From: Candidatus Omnitrophota bacterium
Lineage (GTDB): Bacteria; Omnitrophota; Gorgyraeia; JAFGHF01
Assembly (NCBI GenBank): GCA_016939375.1
Contig: JAFGHF010000063.1
Location: 2,119-66,118 of the forward strand
Length of the DNA stretch: 64,000 nt
Direction: 5' to 3'
Shown here: positions 45,501-54,943 of the stretch, piece after piece
Layout: each line of letters opens with the position of its first letter
Numbering within the stretch: position 1 is the first letter of the stretch
The notes under the pieces: generated by a model
Database searches by the model: none
Told to the model about the DNA's origin: nothing
What the model saw: only the letters and a program-made list of their open reading frames with translations
Translations under genes and position numbers: made by a program

Positions 45501-46527
45501 TATGATGAAGGTCATATCTTTAGTAAATCAAAAAGGCGGCTGCGGAAAGACCACGACCGCTGTCAACCTAGCATATGCCTTTGCCAAACGAGGCAATCGC
45601 ACTTTATTGATCGATCTGGACCCGCAGGCACACGCCACATTCTCATTGGGCATCACCCCCAATTTGACCACTGCCGATCTATTGGAACATGTAATCGAAA
45701 ACCGTCCTTTTAATCCAAAGGAATTTTTTGTCTGGCGCAAGGACGATCTATCCTTGCTGCCGGCAAGCATAGGCCTAAGCGCATTGGAAAACACTATTAA
45801 CAGACAAAACAACAAGCTGGAAATATTGACAAAAATGCTGATGAATATAGACGCCCATTTTGATTATTGCATAATCGACTGCCCCCCGAATCTAGGCGCT
45901 TTAACACTTAATGCCCTGGTCGCCTCAAGTTATTCGGTGGTTCCTCTGGGCATATGTGAGTTATCTTTAAGAGGCGTGGAAAACTTGAATAGTATCTTGA
46001 GCATGCTTTTTGAGCATCGTAAAAAGGCGCCCTATATACTCTACCTCATCACACAGGTGGATAGGCGTTTTAGGTATAGCGAAAATTTCTACAATAAGGT
46101 CAAAGAACAATTTAGAGACCAATTGCTCTCTACCGCGATCAGGACCAATATCCACCTGCGCGAGGCGGCTGCCTTTGGCAAAAGTGTGTTTGAATACAGA
46201 AGCGACTCCCGCGGAGCACAGGATTACAAACAGCTGGCCCAAGAAATCGAGTCGATAACCCAAAGGCCATCGCTAGTGCAACTATGCTTAAAGGGAATGG
46301 GGCATAACGAGGTATATGTGGTAGGAGAATTCAACGAATGGCGCAAGCACAGAAACTTCCAGTTGAAGAAAGTCGATGACGGCACCTGGAGCATCTCCCT
46401 GCCGCTTAAGCGAGGGACATACCGCTATAAGTTTATCGTCGATAACGAGTGGATTAACGATCCTTCGAATTCTCTTCAGGAAAATGACGCCTTTGGCGGG
46501 AAAAACTCTATACTATTTGTACGCTAG
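45501..46527 (+). CDS. ParA/MinD-family ATPase fused to a C-terminal CBM48 (AMPK-beta-type glycogen-binding) domain
   Basis: Deviant Walker A KGGCGKTTTAVNLA, then a C-terminal VVGEFNEW...GTYRYKFIVDNEWINDP...FGGKNSILFV. An AAAGGAGG RBS is present. Confidence 0.75.
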
Positions 46528-46853
46528 ACCCTGCAGCCGCAATTTTTGTTCCGTAAAATCGTAATCTGTTTTCTATAAGAGTCTACAAATCGGGTTTGCT
46601 TACTCTGCCCGCGAGCGAGGTTTTCAGCCAGCGGGCTTTTGTGTTTATATCCCCTCTTTTCCATCTCCCGGACCAGCTTTTGGTGCCTTGTATATAAAGC
46701 CCGCAACCTGCCTTTCCATCTTAAGGTCTCGGGGTGTCTGGCGTAGCCTTTTTTGTTTTCGGTAAGTATCACCCACAAGGCATGTAATTCCCTGTGTTCG
46801 CCAAGCAGATGGTTACGGCATAACTTATCCGGGGCTATATCCCAAATCCTCAT
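46524..46853 (-). CDS. Pyrimidine dimer DNA glycosylase (endonuclease V/DenV family)
   Basis: MRIWDIAPDKLCRNHLLGEHRELHALW; the true start is the ATG at 46853. Confidence 0.75.
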   Translation of the reverse strand: MRIWDIAPDKLCRNHLLGEHRELHALWVILTENKKGYARHPETLRWKGRLRALYTRHQKLVREMEKRGYKHKSPLAENLARGQSKQTRFVDSYRKQITILRNKNCGCRV

Positions 46854-46864
46854 CGTACATCCTC

Positions 46865-47455
46865 TTAATACGGGCAACTTTCTATGCCGTGTTTTTGGTA
46901 ATAACGCTGATGGTAGTCCTCGGCCTGGTAGAATTCCGAGGCCGGCTGTATTTGTGTCACTATTTTATTTTTATAGCTGCCTGATTGCTGCAGTCTTTCT
47001 TTTGAGCTTAAGGCCGCTTGCTCTTGCTCATGGCCATGAAAGAACACCGCCGAGCGATACTGGCTACCTACATCCGGTCCTTGGCGGTTAAGAGTAGTGG
47101 GGTCATGAATCTTCCAGAAGACGTCCAAAAGCTCACCGTATGAGATCTGTCGCGGATCAAATTGCAACTCTAGAGCCTCGGCATGACCGGTCTTGCCGGT
47201 GCATACATCTTCATACGTAGGATCCTTGAAGTGGCCGCCGGTGTAGCCGACTCTAGTGGAGACGACCCCTTTTAATTTAACAAAGGCCGCTTCCACGCCC
47301 CAAAAGCAACCCGCGGCAAAAGTGGCTTTCTGCAATTTTTGCCCAGCTGCGTCAGTAGTATCCATAAGACCCTCCTGCGCCAAAATACAGGTACCAGAAA
47401 AAAGTAGTACAACAAAAACAACGACCTGCCAAAAATTCCTATTGAATATTATCAT
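46865..47455 (-). CDS. msrA: Peptide methionine sulfoxide reductase MsrA (with signal peptide)
   Basis: [10 protein letters not shown] active-site motif. Confidence 0.9.
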   Translation of the reverse strand: MIIFNRNFWQVVVFVVLLFSGTCILAQEGLMDTTDAAGQKLQKATFAAGCFWGVEAAFVKLKGVVSTRVGYTGGHFKDPTYEDVCTGKTGHAEALELQFDPRQISYGELLDVFWKIHDPTTLNRQGPDVGSQYRSAVFFHGHEQEQAALSSKERLQQSGSYKNKIVTQIQPASEFYQAEDYHQRYYQKHGIESCPY

Positions 47456-47468
47456 CTAAAAAGAAGGG

Positions 47469-48005
47469 TTAAAATGAGCTATCGGAAGCGCCCATTTCCA
47501 CATTTGAATGGTAAAAGACTTTTGCCACTGGGTCTGGCGTGACCTTAATCAATTTTACTTCTTCGCTTAATGCGGGGCCTTGTCCTGGATCGGCATATCC
47601 CTCCAGTATCACCACCCCTTTTTCATCATCGAATTTCACCACCAACTGCATGCCGCCTTGAGGGTCTGCTTGGAGAGGGACGAAGGCTACGCCATCAGGC
47701 ATCAAAGGTTTGTGAATGGCCCGCATCTGCTCTCTCACCATCTCGTCAGCCCAGGCATCTGAAGGCGGCCATTCAGCGGTCCCTATATCCGAAAAGATAT
47801 AATTGACGAAATCTGAAGGTTTACCATCGGGGTAGGCTACATAAAAGGCCGAACGGGAAAGGTGTCCTGCTTTCATCATCGAACGCATTACCGCAGCGGC
47901 CTGCTTTAGCTCTTGGGGAGTCTTTTCACCGCATGAGGTAAATGCAAATACAGGCAATAGGAACAAAATCGCCCAAAGCTTAAAATAAAAATTATTTCTC
48001 ACCAT
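47469..48005 (-). CDS. Hypothetical lipoprotein
   Basis: Signal peptide plus lipobox AFTSC. Confidence 0.45.
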   Translation of the reverse strand: MVRNNFYFKLWAILFLLPVFAFTSCGEKTPQELKQAAAVMRSMMKAGHLSRSAFYVAYPDGKPSDFVNYIFSDIGTAEWPPSDAWADEMVREQMRAIHKPLMPDGVAFVPLQADPQGGMQLVVKFDDEKGVVILEGYADPGQGPALSEEVKLIKVTPDPVAKVFYHSNVEMGASDSSF

Positions 48006-48456
48006 AGTATTTTTCTATGGCTCTTCTCAATTCGGTGGGGCTGGAAACGAATATCTCAACATTACAGCCAAGGGCCTGTTCTATATCTGAAATCGTCTCG
48101 GCATCAGGGATCTCGGCAATCGTTATAGTGATCAGACTGCCCATTTTATCAATAGGCAAAAAGACATGCTTTTGGACAATATCAGCGGGCACAGACTTTA
48201 TCAATTCCTCGTCTATCCCATAGCTCTCTATAGGTAAAAAGGGGACCGCGTATTGAGTAGTGACTGAGGTTATTATCTCTTCTTCGGTGGCATAGCCGCG
48301 TTCTACCAGGATCTCTCCTATCAGCCTCCAGCGCCCCTGTTCTTGTTGTTGCTTTTTCTGCAGCTCTAGCGCCTCGTTCAATTGCTCCTCACTGATGATA
48401 CCGCGCTCCAATAACAATTTTCCGATGCGCTTATGCAGGACCTTGTCCCTATGCAC
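47992..48456 (-). CDS. Stand-alone MshEN/T2SSE_N-type domain protein (candidate c-di-GMP receptor)
   Basis: Two tandem motifs, RIGKLLLERGIISEEQLNEALELQ and RLIGEILVERGYATEEEI. Confidence 0.6.
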   Translation of the reverse strand: MHRDKVLHKRIGKLLLERGIISEEQLNEALELQKKQQQEQGRWRLIGEILVERGYATEEEIITSVTTQYAVPFLPIESYGIDEELIKSVPADIVQKHVFLPIDKMGSLITITIAEIPDAETISDIEQALGCNVEIFVSSPTELRRAIEKYYGEK

Positions 48457-48544
48457 TGCGGCTTCTCCTTTTTTTGCCCTATTATTGTCTAGACTAGCCT
48501 AGATCTAAATTATACACCTTATTTGAACAATTTCGCAACATATT

Positions 48545-49354
48545 TTATTGGGGCTTGAGAAAATCGGTATATACCCCGTAGACTCCTCTTCTCCTTAACT
48601 CCTGGCGTAAAAAATCCTCATTGACCGTATGTACATAGGAAGGTACTCCGATTCTGCGCAATTTCAAAGGCAAGTCGTTAAGCGCGCGATAAACAGGCAT
48701 AGCGACCGCTAATAAATCTTTTTTTCGAGCAAAACTCAAGACATCCCGGTCAGAATAAAGCGAGCGATATAGAGTCAGGATGATATGTTCGTAGCCCATG
48801 CCCTTTGCGAGAGGATATTCCTCGAAAAAATAGATCTGCGCGATAAAGTTGCTTAACAGCTGGGGATATTTTTTTCTGATCAGGCCTAAAGCCCTTATGT
48901 TTTCGCTCTTGGCATCAGTTACTATATAGACATCCCGATGATCTACCATCCAGCCTGTCAGCTCCTCTAAAGACAACTGCGTTAATCCTCCTTGCATCTT
49001 AAGTCGCATAAAATCTTCGAGCGTATGATCCGCGAAGGATACTCCATAAAGCCTCTGCAGGGTCTCTCCCCAATCGTGTATAAGCACCAGCCGCCCATCG
49101 CTTGTCCAGTTAAAGTCCACTTCAATAAATTTAAATCCCTTGTCGTAGTTTGAATCTAAGGCCTGCAGCGAATTCGTGAGCGTAAGGGACTCTATTCCCC
49201 CGCCCGCATGGGCGATAAGCTCAGGCAGCTTGGATTGTCCAAATCTGTAATCCTCTTCTTGCCTTAGAAACTTATCTTTGAGCGAGAAAACCAATCCTAA
49301 AAAGATAATCAGGATGACCGATACCCATAAAACTGCCTTTTTGACTTTAATCAT
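48545..49354 (-). CDS. Glycerophosphodiester phosphodiesterase (GDPD)-like protein
   Basis: HAGGG...IEVDFNWTSDGRLVLIHD. Confidence 0.6.
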   Translation of the reverse strand: MIKVKKAVLWVSVILIIFLGLVFSLKDKFLRQEEDYRFGQSKLPELIAHAGGGIESLTLTNSLQALDSNYDKGFKFIEVDFNWTSDGRLVLIHDWGETLQRLYGVSFADHTLEDFMRLKMQGGLTQLSLEELTGWMVDHRDVYIVTDAKSENIRALGLIRKKYPQLLSNFIAQIYFFEEYPLAKGMGYEHIILTLYRSLYSDRDVLSFARKKDLLAVAMPVYRALNDLPLKLRRIGVPSYVHTVNEDFLRQELRRRGVYGVYTDFLKPQ

Positions 49355-51162
49355 CTTTCTTTTGCCTTATACCACTGATCTATCTTGCGCAAAGAAAATT
49401 GCTTTCCGATCAAAATATCCCTGCTTAAGACCTTGATATGTCCTAACCAGGCAGATACTTTTCTGCATACCCTTGCCTTACTATCGCCTTTACATAAGTT
49501 TATGTAGTCATCATCGCCCACTACAAGGCTGACTCCCGCCAATGTCCGTATGTGCAAGTCGCTAACTGGTGCAAACATATCCAATTGGGCAAAACCGGGT
49601 GAGCCCAATAAGTTAAAGATGATTCCGGGAATCTCATACATAGCTATAGTCCCCGTACGCACCGGCCCTTTTTTCCCATCGATTATTATAAGCGGGGCAC
49701 TGGCATATCTTCTATACATCGCCGGCGTAAATTCGTCGCGGCAAGGGATAAAAAGACCGGACTCCACATAAGCCCGGTAATTGGCCCCGAGCATGGGGAT
49801 ATGGTCTCCTAATATTACCAAAAGGGCATCGGGGTCTTCCCTCCTTATCACTTTTATAAACTCCATTATCTCCTGGGTGCTGTATCTAATGGAATTGGCA
49901 TAGCTCGCTACTTCTTTTACCTGGGAGTCACATTCAATGACAGTGGGCCTGGTTTGCGGATCAAGCAAAAACGGCCAGTGTCCGGTAAGGGTAAGTATAT
50001 AGAGGAGCTTCGGCCCTGCCTTGTGTCTTTGCCTGGCGATCTGCCAGGATTGACGATAAAGCGACTTATCAGAGAGCGTCCATTCATTGATATCATCAAG
50101 CTTAAAGTCATCTATTGAATAATAAAAATCGAACCCCAGCCTGTGATAGGCATTCAGCCTGTTCCAATAAGTGGGGATATAGGGATGCAGGGCGATGCTC
50201 TCATATCCGCATTCGGATAAAAGCCTGGGCAATGCCGGGATCTTATTTTTCACGCTGGCGTGAAACATTATCCTTCTATCAAAAAGATTGGCCGGCTGTC
50301 CGCTTAAGACCTCGAATTCCGTATTAGCCGTATGGCCTCCGTAAACAGGGCTAAGCACCCAAGAGTTGCCGCAGCTATCCCAAAGTGCCCTAAAACCAGG
50401 GTCAAAAGGGTCTTGGCTGAAATTGACTCTTTCTAAGAGCGTCACATCCCAAAGCCCTTCCATAATTATGATTATTACATCTCTCTTATCAAATTCTGAA
50501 GCGCGAGCATAACCTTCGCCTTTTATTCTCAGTCCTGCCAAAGCTGCTTCTACCTCTTTCTGATCGGGCGCCTGCAGGCGCTCCATGGAAAAGCGCGCCC
50601 CGTTATAAAGAAGATACACAGCCGCTCCACTTTTCTGATAATTATTGAGCTGACGCCAGAGCTTGAACTTATATCTTGATTCTAAGGCATCCACGATGGG
50701 TCGGGGATAAAACACTATAAACGAACTGGCGAGCGCGATTATAATAACCGCCACTAAAGACTCTCTTTTGATCTTGAGATTGATCAGAAAAAGGACTAAG
50801 AGCGCGATAAGCGGCAAGACCAGAAAAAACCTCTGCGCTGAGTTAAGGATGTTATATAAAGCCCCGAATGAATAAATATCATCAATGGTGATAGGTGAAC
50901 CTAAAAGCGATATCTTTATGGCATTGCCTATATAAAATATCCCCATAAAGATAAATTGGGTGAGTAAAAATAAGATGGCCTTTCGTGAAAAAGCAAACAA
51001 CAGATAACCCAATAGGACTTGTAGCATCCAATCGGGAAAAAGATGCCACCCCAAACATTGCAAGGAATATACCGCCTCCACATATATCTGCAGGAAAAGA
51101 TAAAATATGGATGCCGATAAAAGCGGAAGGAATATTTTTTTATCTAAGGGTTTATCCATCAA
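49351..51162 (-). CDS. LTA synthase family protein (membrane-anchored, sulfatase-fold)
   Basis: N-terminal TM helices and YGGHTANTEFEVLSGQ. Confidence 0.8.
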   Translation of the reverse strand: MMDKPLDKKIFLPLLSASIFYLFLQIYVEAVYSLQCLGWHLFPDWMLQVLLGYLLFAFSRKAILFLLTQFIFMGIFYIGNAIKISLLGSPITIDDIYSFGALYNILNSAQRFFLVLPLIALLVLFLINLKIKRESLVAVIIIALASSFIVFYPRPIVDALESRYKFKLWRQLNNYQKSGAAVYLLYNGARFSMERLQAPDQKEVEAALAGLRIKGEGYARASEFDKRDVIIIIMEGLWDVTLLERVNFSQDPFDPGFRALWDSCGNSWVLSPVYGGHTANTEFEVLSGQPANLFDRRIMFHASVKNKIPALPRLLSECGYESIALHPYIPTYWNRLNAYHRLGFDFYYSIDDFKLDDINEWTLSDKSLYRQSWQIARQRHKAGPKLLYILTLTGHWPFLLDPQTRPTVIECDSQVKEVASYANSIRYSTQEIMEFIKVIRREDPDALLVILGDHIPMLGANYRAYVESGLFIPCRDEFTPAMYRRYASAPLIIIDGKKGPVRTGTIAMYEIPGIIFNLLGSPGFAQLDMFAPVSDLHIRTLAGVSLVVGDDDYINLCKGDSKARVCRKVSAWLGHIKVLSRDILIGKQFSLRKIDQWYKAKER

Positions 51163-51179
51163 ATACTATCCGCCTCATG

Positions 51180-51626
51180 CTATAGCCAGCGTCTTACCTC
51201 TTTTTTATAATCCATATATCGTTGGCCAAAGGTATTTTGCAGTTTCTGTTCTTCGAAAGAAATATAAATACGGTCCAAGGCGGCCAGAAAGAGCGGGCAG
51301 ATGAACAAAGCGCTTAATGAGCCTAAAAGGCTGGCTACCCCCAGCAACACCAGGACCATCCCCAGATACATCGGATTGCGGCTGATCCGAAAGGGACCTG
51401 AAGTCTCCAATTGGATAGGGGTATCATGAGGCTCGATAGGGATATTTTTTTTCTTAAACATGTTATCGGGCCAGATGTTTAATATTATCCCTAAGGATAT
51501 TAACAAGATCCCCAAATAATTATACGGGGGATAGATTATTTTTTTTATCGGTAAAACAAAATGGGATGTGATACATAAGATCAAAAAGACAAACAAAACC
51601 GCAGGTGGCATGACCTTAAATCTCAC
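51180..51626 (-). CDS. Isoprenylcysteine carboxyl methyltransferase/PEMT-family membrane methyltransferase
   Basis: RNPMYLG motif. Confidence 0.7.
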   Translation of the reverse strand: MRFKVMPPAVLFVFLILCITSHFVLPIKKIIYPPYNYLGILLISLGIILNIWPDNMFKKKNIPIEPHDTPIQLETSGPFRISRNPMYLGMVLVLLGVASLLGSLSALFICPLFLAALDRIYISFEEQKLQNTFGQRYMDYKKEVRRWL

Positions 51627-51644
51627 CTTATCTCAATCATCCTT

Positions 51645-51857
51645 TCATCTATTCAGCCGAAACAATAAAAGCATTAATCCTAAGGCCAATGCCGATTGGA
51701 TAAAGACCGCTATCCAATAGGCAACGGGCTGGCTGCTTCTTCTATATATAATACCCTCTTTTACTTCGGCCTTTTTCGTTTTAAGGGCCGAACATACGAC
51801 TTTTAAAAGATAGGCGCAGGATACGAGGATTAATACATTGACGGCTATTTTATGCAT
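51645..51857 (-). CDS. Small hypothetical membrane protein (70 aa)
   Basis: Two hydrophobic helices; ORF only. Confidence 0.3.
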   Translation of the reverse strand: MHKIAVNVLILVSCAYLLKVVCSALKTKKAEVKEGIIYRRSSQPVAYWIAVFIQSALALGLMLLLFRLNR

Positions 51858-51864
51858 TATGCGA

Positions 51865-53232
51865 TTAAAAATAACAGGCGCTATTCTGGAAGGCCAGGTC
51901 TATGCGCAAGGTCTTGTACAACATAAACAGCAGCAATAGCACGTATGAGACCCTAAGCGCATTGCGCGGGAAAATTTTTGAGATGGCTTTGGTCTTTTCC
52001 CAGATATAAAATTGAGTTTTGGCTGAAAGCAGGATAAGAAAGATAGCTACAGGCAATATATACCGGCACTGGTAATTCTTCCACCAGATAAAGAAAATAA
52101 GAATAATAAATGAAGACAGGCAGAGAAAAAAGTATGACTGAAAATGTTCCCTGTCCAGGGCTAAAAGGACTAACCCTAAGAAAGAAAAAAGGTAAAAAGG
52201 AGAAAGCTCGATCAGTCTCCCCGGATAGAAATATTGCGGTGCCTTGGCAAACATCCCTAACGACCAACCGGTGCTGGGGATATAATTTAGGCTGAAGCTA
52301 TTTACGATAAATCTGGTCAAGACGACCAAAAAGGCCAAGGTCGAAACGCTGGCGATGCTAATCCTTAGTCTTTTATTTTTCGAGAAGACCGAAACAGCTA
52401 TCAAGAAGGCCAAAATGACAAAAGAAGCAACTATGCGCTTTTGGTTACGCCATTGCAGGCGTTGAAAGACACCGTGGGTCATAGATATATCTTGTATGAA
52501 GCTCACCCCATATACTTTGTAGTTCCAGCAAAGCCACGGCAGAAGCATCAAAAAAGGTATAAAAAGGCTGAAGATAAAGACCTTGTTTTTGAAAAATTCG
52601 CGCTTAAAGCACAACGCATAAATGATGATAATAAACAAAGAAAGCAGGCCTGGGTATTTTGTAAGTCCGGCTAATCCGACACAGATCCCGCTTGAGATTA
52701 AAAAATATGGGTTATATTTTTTTGTAGCCCGTATGAACAGGTAGACCGATAGGGCGATAAAAAATGCCAAAGTGGTCTCCATCCATACCCTCTGCGAACA
52801 GACCCAGCCAATAGGTTCAATTGACATAAGCAATGCCGCATAAACGCCGATCTTGTTATTAAATAATAGAGAACCCAAAAAATAGGCAAGCGCAACCAGA
52901 AGTACACCAAAAAACAAAGAAACAGCAAAAGCGGCATATATCGACCTACCGAACATCTGATAACTTAGGGAAATGAGTATCGTATATAGGGGAGGGTGTT
53001 TAAATAACGGCTTCTTCAAGTAATCGGGAAGCTGGCGGCCTCTTTTTGTGTCTTGGGCATAGATGCGTATAGAATTATAGCTTTCCAGACCCTGTTCACC
53101 GATCTGGTAAGCCAGCGTAGCATAGACACTTTCGTCATAGGTACGGTTTGACTTGGCATCAAAGGTGTTATACCTTAAGAAAAAGGTGAAAAGGACAAGG
53201 ATTATTAGGATTACGCTTATGTCTTTTTTCAT
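51865..53232 (-). CDS. GT39/GT83 (ArnT/PMT-like) membrane glycosyltransferase
   Basis: 455 aa polytopic; DESVYA motif near the N-terminus. Confidence 0.65.
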   Translation of the reverse strand: MKKDISVILIILVLFTFFLRYNTFDAKSNRTYDESVYATLAYQIGEQGLESYNSIRIYAQDTKRGRQLPDYLKKPLFKHPPLYTILISLSYQMFGRSIYAAFAVSLFFGVLLVALAYFLGSLLFNNKIGVYAALLMSIEPIGWVCSQRVWMETTLAFFIALSVYLFIRATKKYNPYFLISSGICVGLAGLTKYPGLLSLFIIIIYALCFKREFFKNKVFIFSLFIPFLMLLPWLCWNYKVYGVSFIQDISMTHGVFQRLQWRNQKRIVASFVILAFLIAVSVFSKNKRLRISIASVSTLAFLVVLTRFIVNSFSLNYIPSTGWSLGMFAKAPQYFYPGRLIELSPFYLFSFLGLVLLALDREHFQSYFFLCLSSFIILIFFIWWKNYQCRYILPVAIFLILLSAKTQFYIWEKTKAISKIFPRNALRVSYVLLLLFMLYKTLRIDLAFQNSACYF

Positions 53233-53297
53233 TCTCCGCTATAATATCACCCTATATATAACTTGGTCAAGGACAATATGTTCTAAGCCGGTAAAAA

Positions 53298-54038
53298 TCA
53301 TTTCCGGGCAAAAACAAATATGGAAACACCGAACACGCGGGGCATCAAACGGTGTTTTTCCAACAAAGCCAATAGGCTTCTTAAAATATCTCTTAAGGGA
53401 TCTATCCTTATCTTATCCAAAGGAGGCATCATGTATTCAGAATTATAGACTTTAAATCCATGATTTTGGACTAGACCTAAAATCATTCTTTTTGTATATA
53501 TCCTTGCATAAGCGTATTTATCATGTACCTTTTTAGGCAACCAGGAGAAAAATGGGACTCTGTTCCAGGGCAACAGGGGAAGTTTTGCGCCATGGGTCTC
53601 AAAAAACCACCATTTATTAGGCACCGAAAGCACAAGCATCCCTCCCTTTTTTAAAACCCTATACATCTCATCTAAGGCCTTTTCCTGAGGGGCTATATGC
53701 TCTAAGGTCTCGATGCAGGTCACCACATCAAAGGCTTCATCGGCAAGGTCCAAAGAGGTCAGATCCATCTGTTTTATTTCACAATTGTCTATTCCCCGGG
53801 CCTGGACCTGGCCCCTAAACTCTTCCAGCCTCTGCCCTTCTATGTCTACGGCGGTACATTTTTTTACATGCTTGAGATATTCTAATGTCTGTGCACCGTT
53901 ACCGCATCCGGCATCAAGCAAATTGGCGTTTTTTAAATCGGTATTTCGCAGAATGATCTCCATTCTCTTTTGAATGCCAAAGTAGCCGTATTCTATCGGG
54001 GCGCCCAATGCAATATTTTTTACCTCTGATCGGCGCAT
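53298..54038 (-). CDS. Class I SAM-dependent methyltransferase
   Basis: LLDAGCGNG motif. Confidence 0.85.
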   Translation of the reverse strand: MRRSEVKNIALGAPIEYGYFGIQKRMEIILRNTDLKNANLLDAGCGNGAQTLEYLKHVKKCTAVDIEGQRLEEFRGQVQARGIDNCEIKQMDLTSLDLADEAFDVVTCIETLEHIAPQEKALDEMYRVLKKGGMLVLSVPNKWWFFETHGAKLPLLPWNRVPFFSWLPKKVHDKYAYARIYTKRMILGLVQNHGFKVYNSEYMMPPLDKIRIDPLRDILRSLLALLEKHRLMPRVFGVSIFVFARK

Positions 54039-54047
54039 AAAAAGCCT

Positions 54048-54941
54048 CTATCCCCTTATACCCTGTAAAAGTCCCTTTATGTAGGCCTTAAAGATCCCTG
54101 GCTTGCCGCGAAGCCGCTCATAAATAGAGCGCACTGTTATATAACAAAGAACACAAATAGGTATTGTGGTATAGTACCATATCTTTAAGGAATATCTTCT
54201 AAAAAACCTTACTCCGCTCTTAGCCTTAAGGTAGGCCTTATCGGGGCTTAAGCCCCCGCCTATACTCTTTGATATCTTATGCCATATTTTCGCACCCCGC
54301 ACGCAGACAACTCTATAGCCCTGAGCTCTCGCGCGCAGACAAAGATCGGCATCCTCAAAATAGGCAAAATAGGCTGGGTCAAACATACCGATCTTTTCTA
54401 TTACTTCCCTCTTTATCATTAAGGCGCACCCCGTCTGATAGTCCTCATCGACAATCCCCTCATATCGGCCTAAGTCTTTTTTTCTGTTGCCGATGTGCCA
54501 GCTGTTGCCCAACAAAGATAGAATCCTTCCACCGGCAAACCAAATTTTATCCTTTTGATGATAATAAAGGATCTTCGGGCCAATAATACCAATTTCTGTG
54601 TCTTTAGTCGCTACATCCAACAAGTCCTTGAGAAGAGCCGGAGATACAACAGTGTCATTATTCAAAATCAATATGTAGTTGGCCTGCCTTTCTAAAGCAT
54701 ATTTAATTCCTATATTATTTCCCTTGGCAAAACCAAAATTTTCATCATTTTCTATAAATTCCGCTTCGGGAAACCTTTCCCTTAGATACTCAACGGAACC
54801 ATCGTTAGAACCATTATCTATAATCAAGATTTTAAAATTGTCGTAATCCAGGTTCTTGAGCGAATCAAGACCCTCCTCTGTGTCATTTTTGCCGTTATAA
54901 TTTAATATGTTTATATATACCAAGGGATAAGTCTTTTCCAC
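54048..54941 (-). CDS. Glycosyltransferase family 2
   Basis: YINILNYNG...DNGSNDGS; DxD. Confidence 0.85.
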   Translation of the reverse strand: MEKTYPLVYINILNYNGKNDTEEGLDSLKNLDYDNFKILIIDNGSNDGSVEYLRERFPEAEFIENDENFGFAKGNNIGIKYALERQANYILILNNDTVVSPALLKDLLDVATKDTEIGIIGPKILYYHQKDKIWFAGGRILSLLGNSWHIGNRKKDLGRYEGIVDEDYQTGCALMIKREVIEKIGMFDPAYFAYFEDADLCLRARAQGYRVVCVRGAKIWHKISKSIGGGLSPDKAYLKAKSGVRFFRRYSLKIWYYTTIPICVLCYITVRSIYERLRGKPGIFKAYIKGLLQGIRG

Positions 54942-54943
54942 GT

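Noticed and set aside
51953-52937. ORFs 51953-52267, 52110-52295, 52441-52674 and 52698-52937 within the GT39 gene region
   Set aside because: Alternative-frame or antisense ORFs inside a 455-aa polytopic membrane protein gene.
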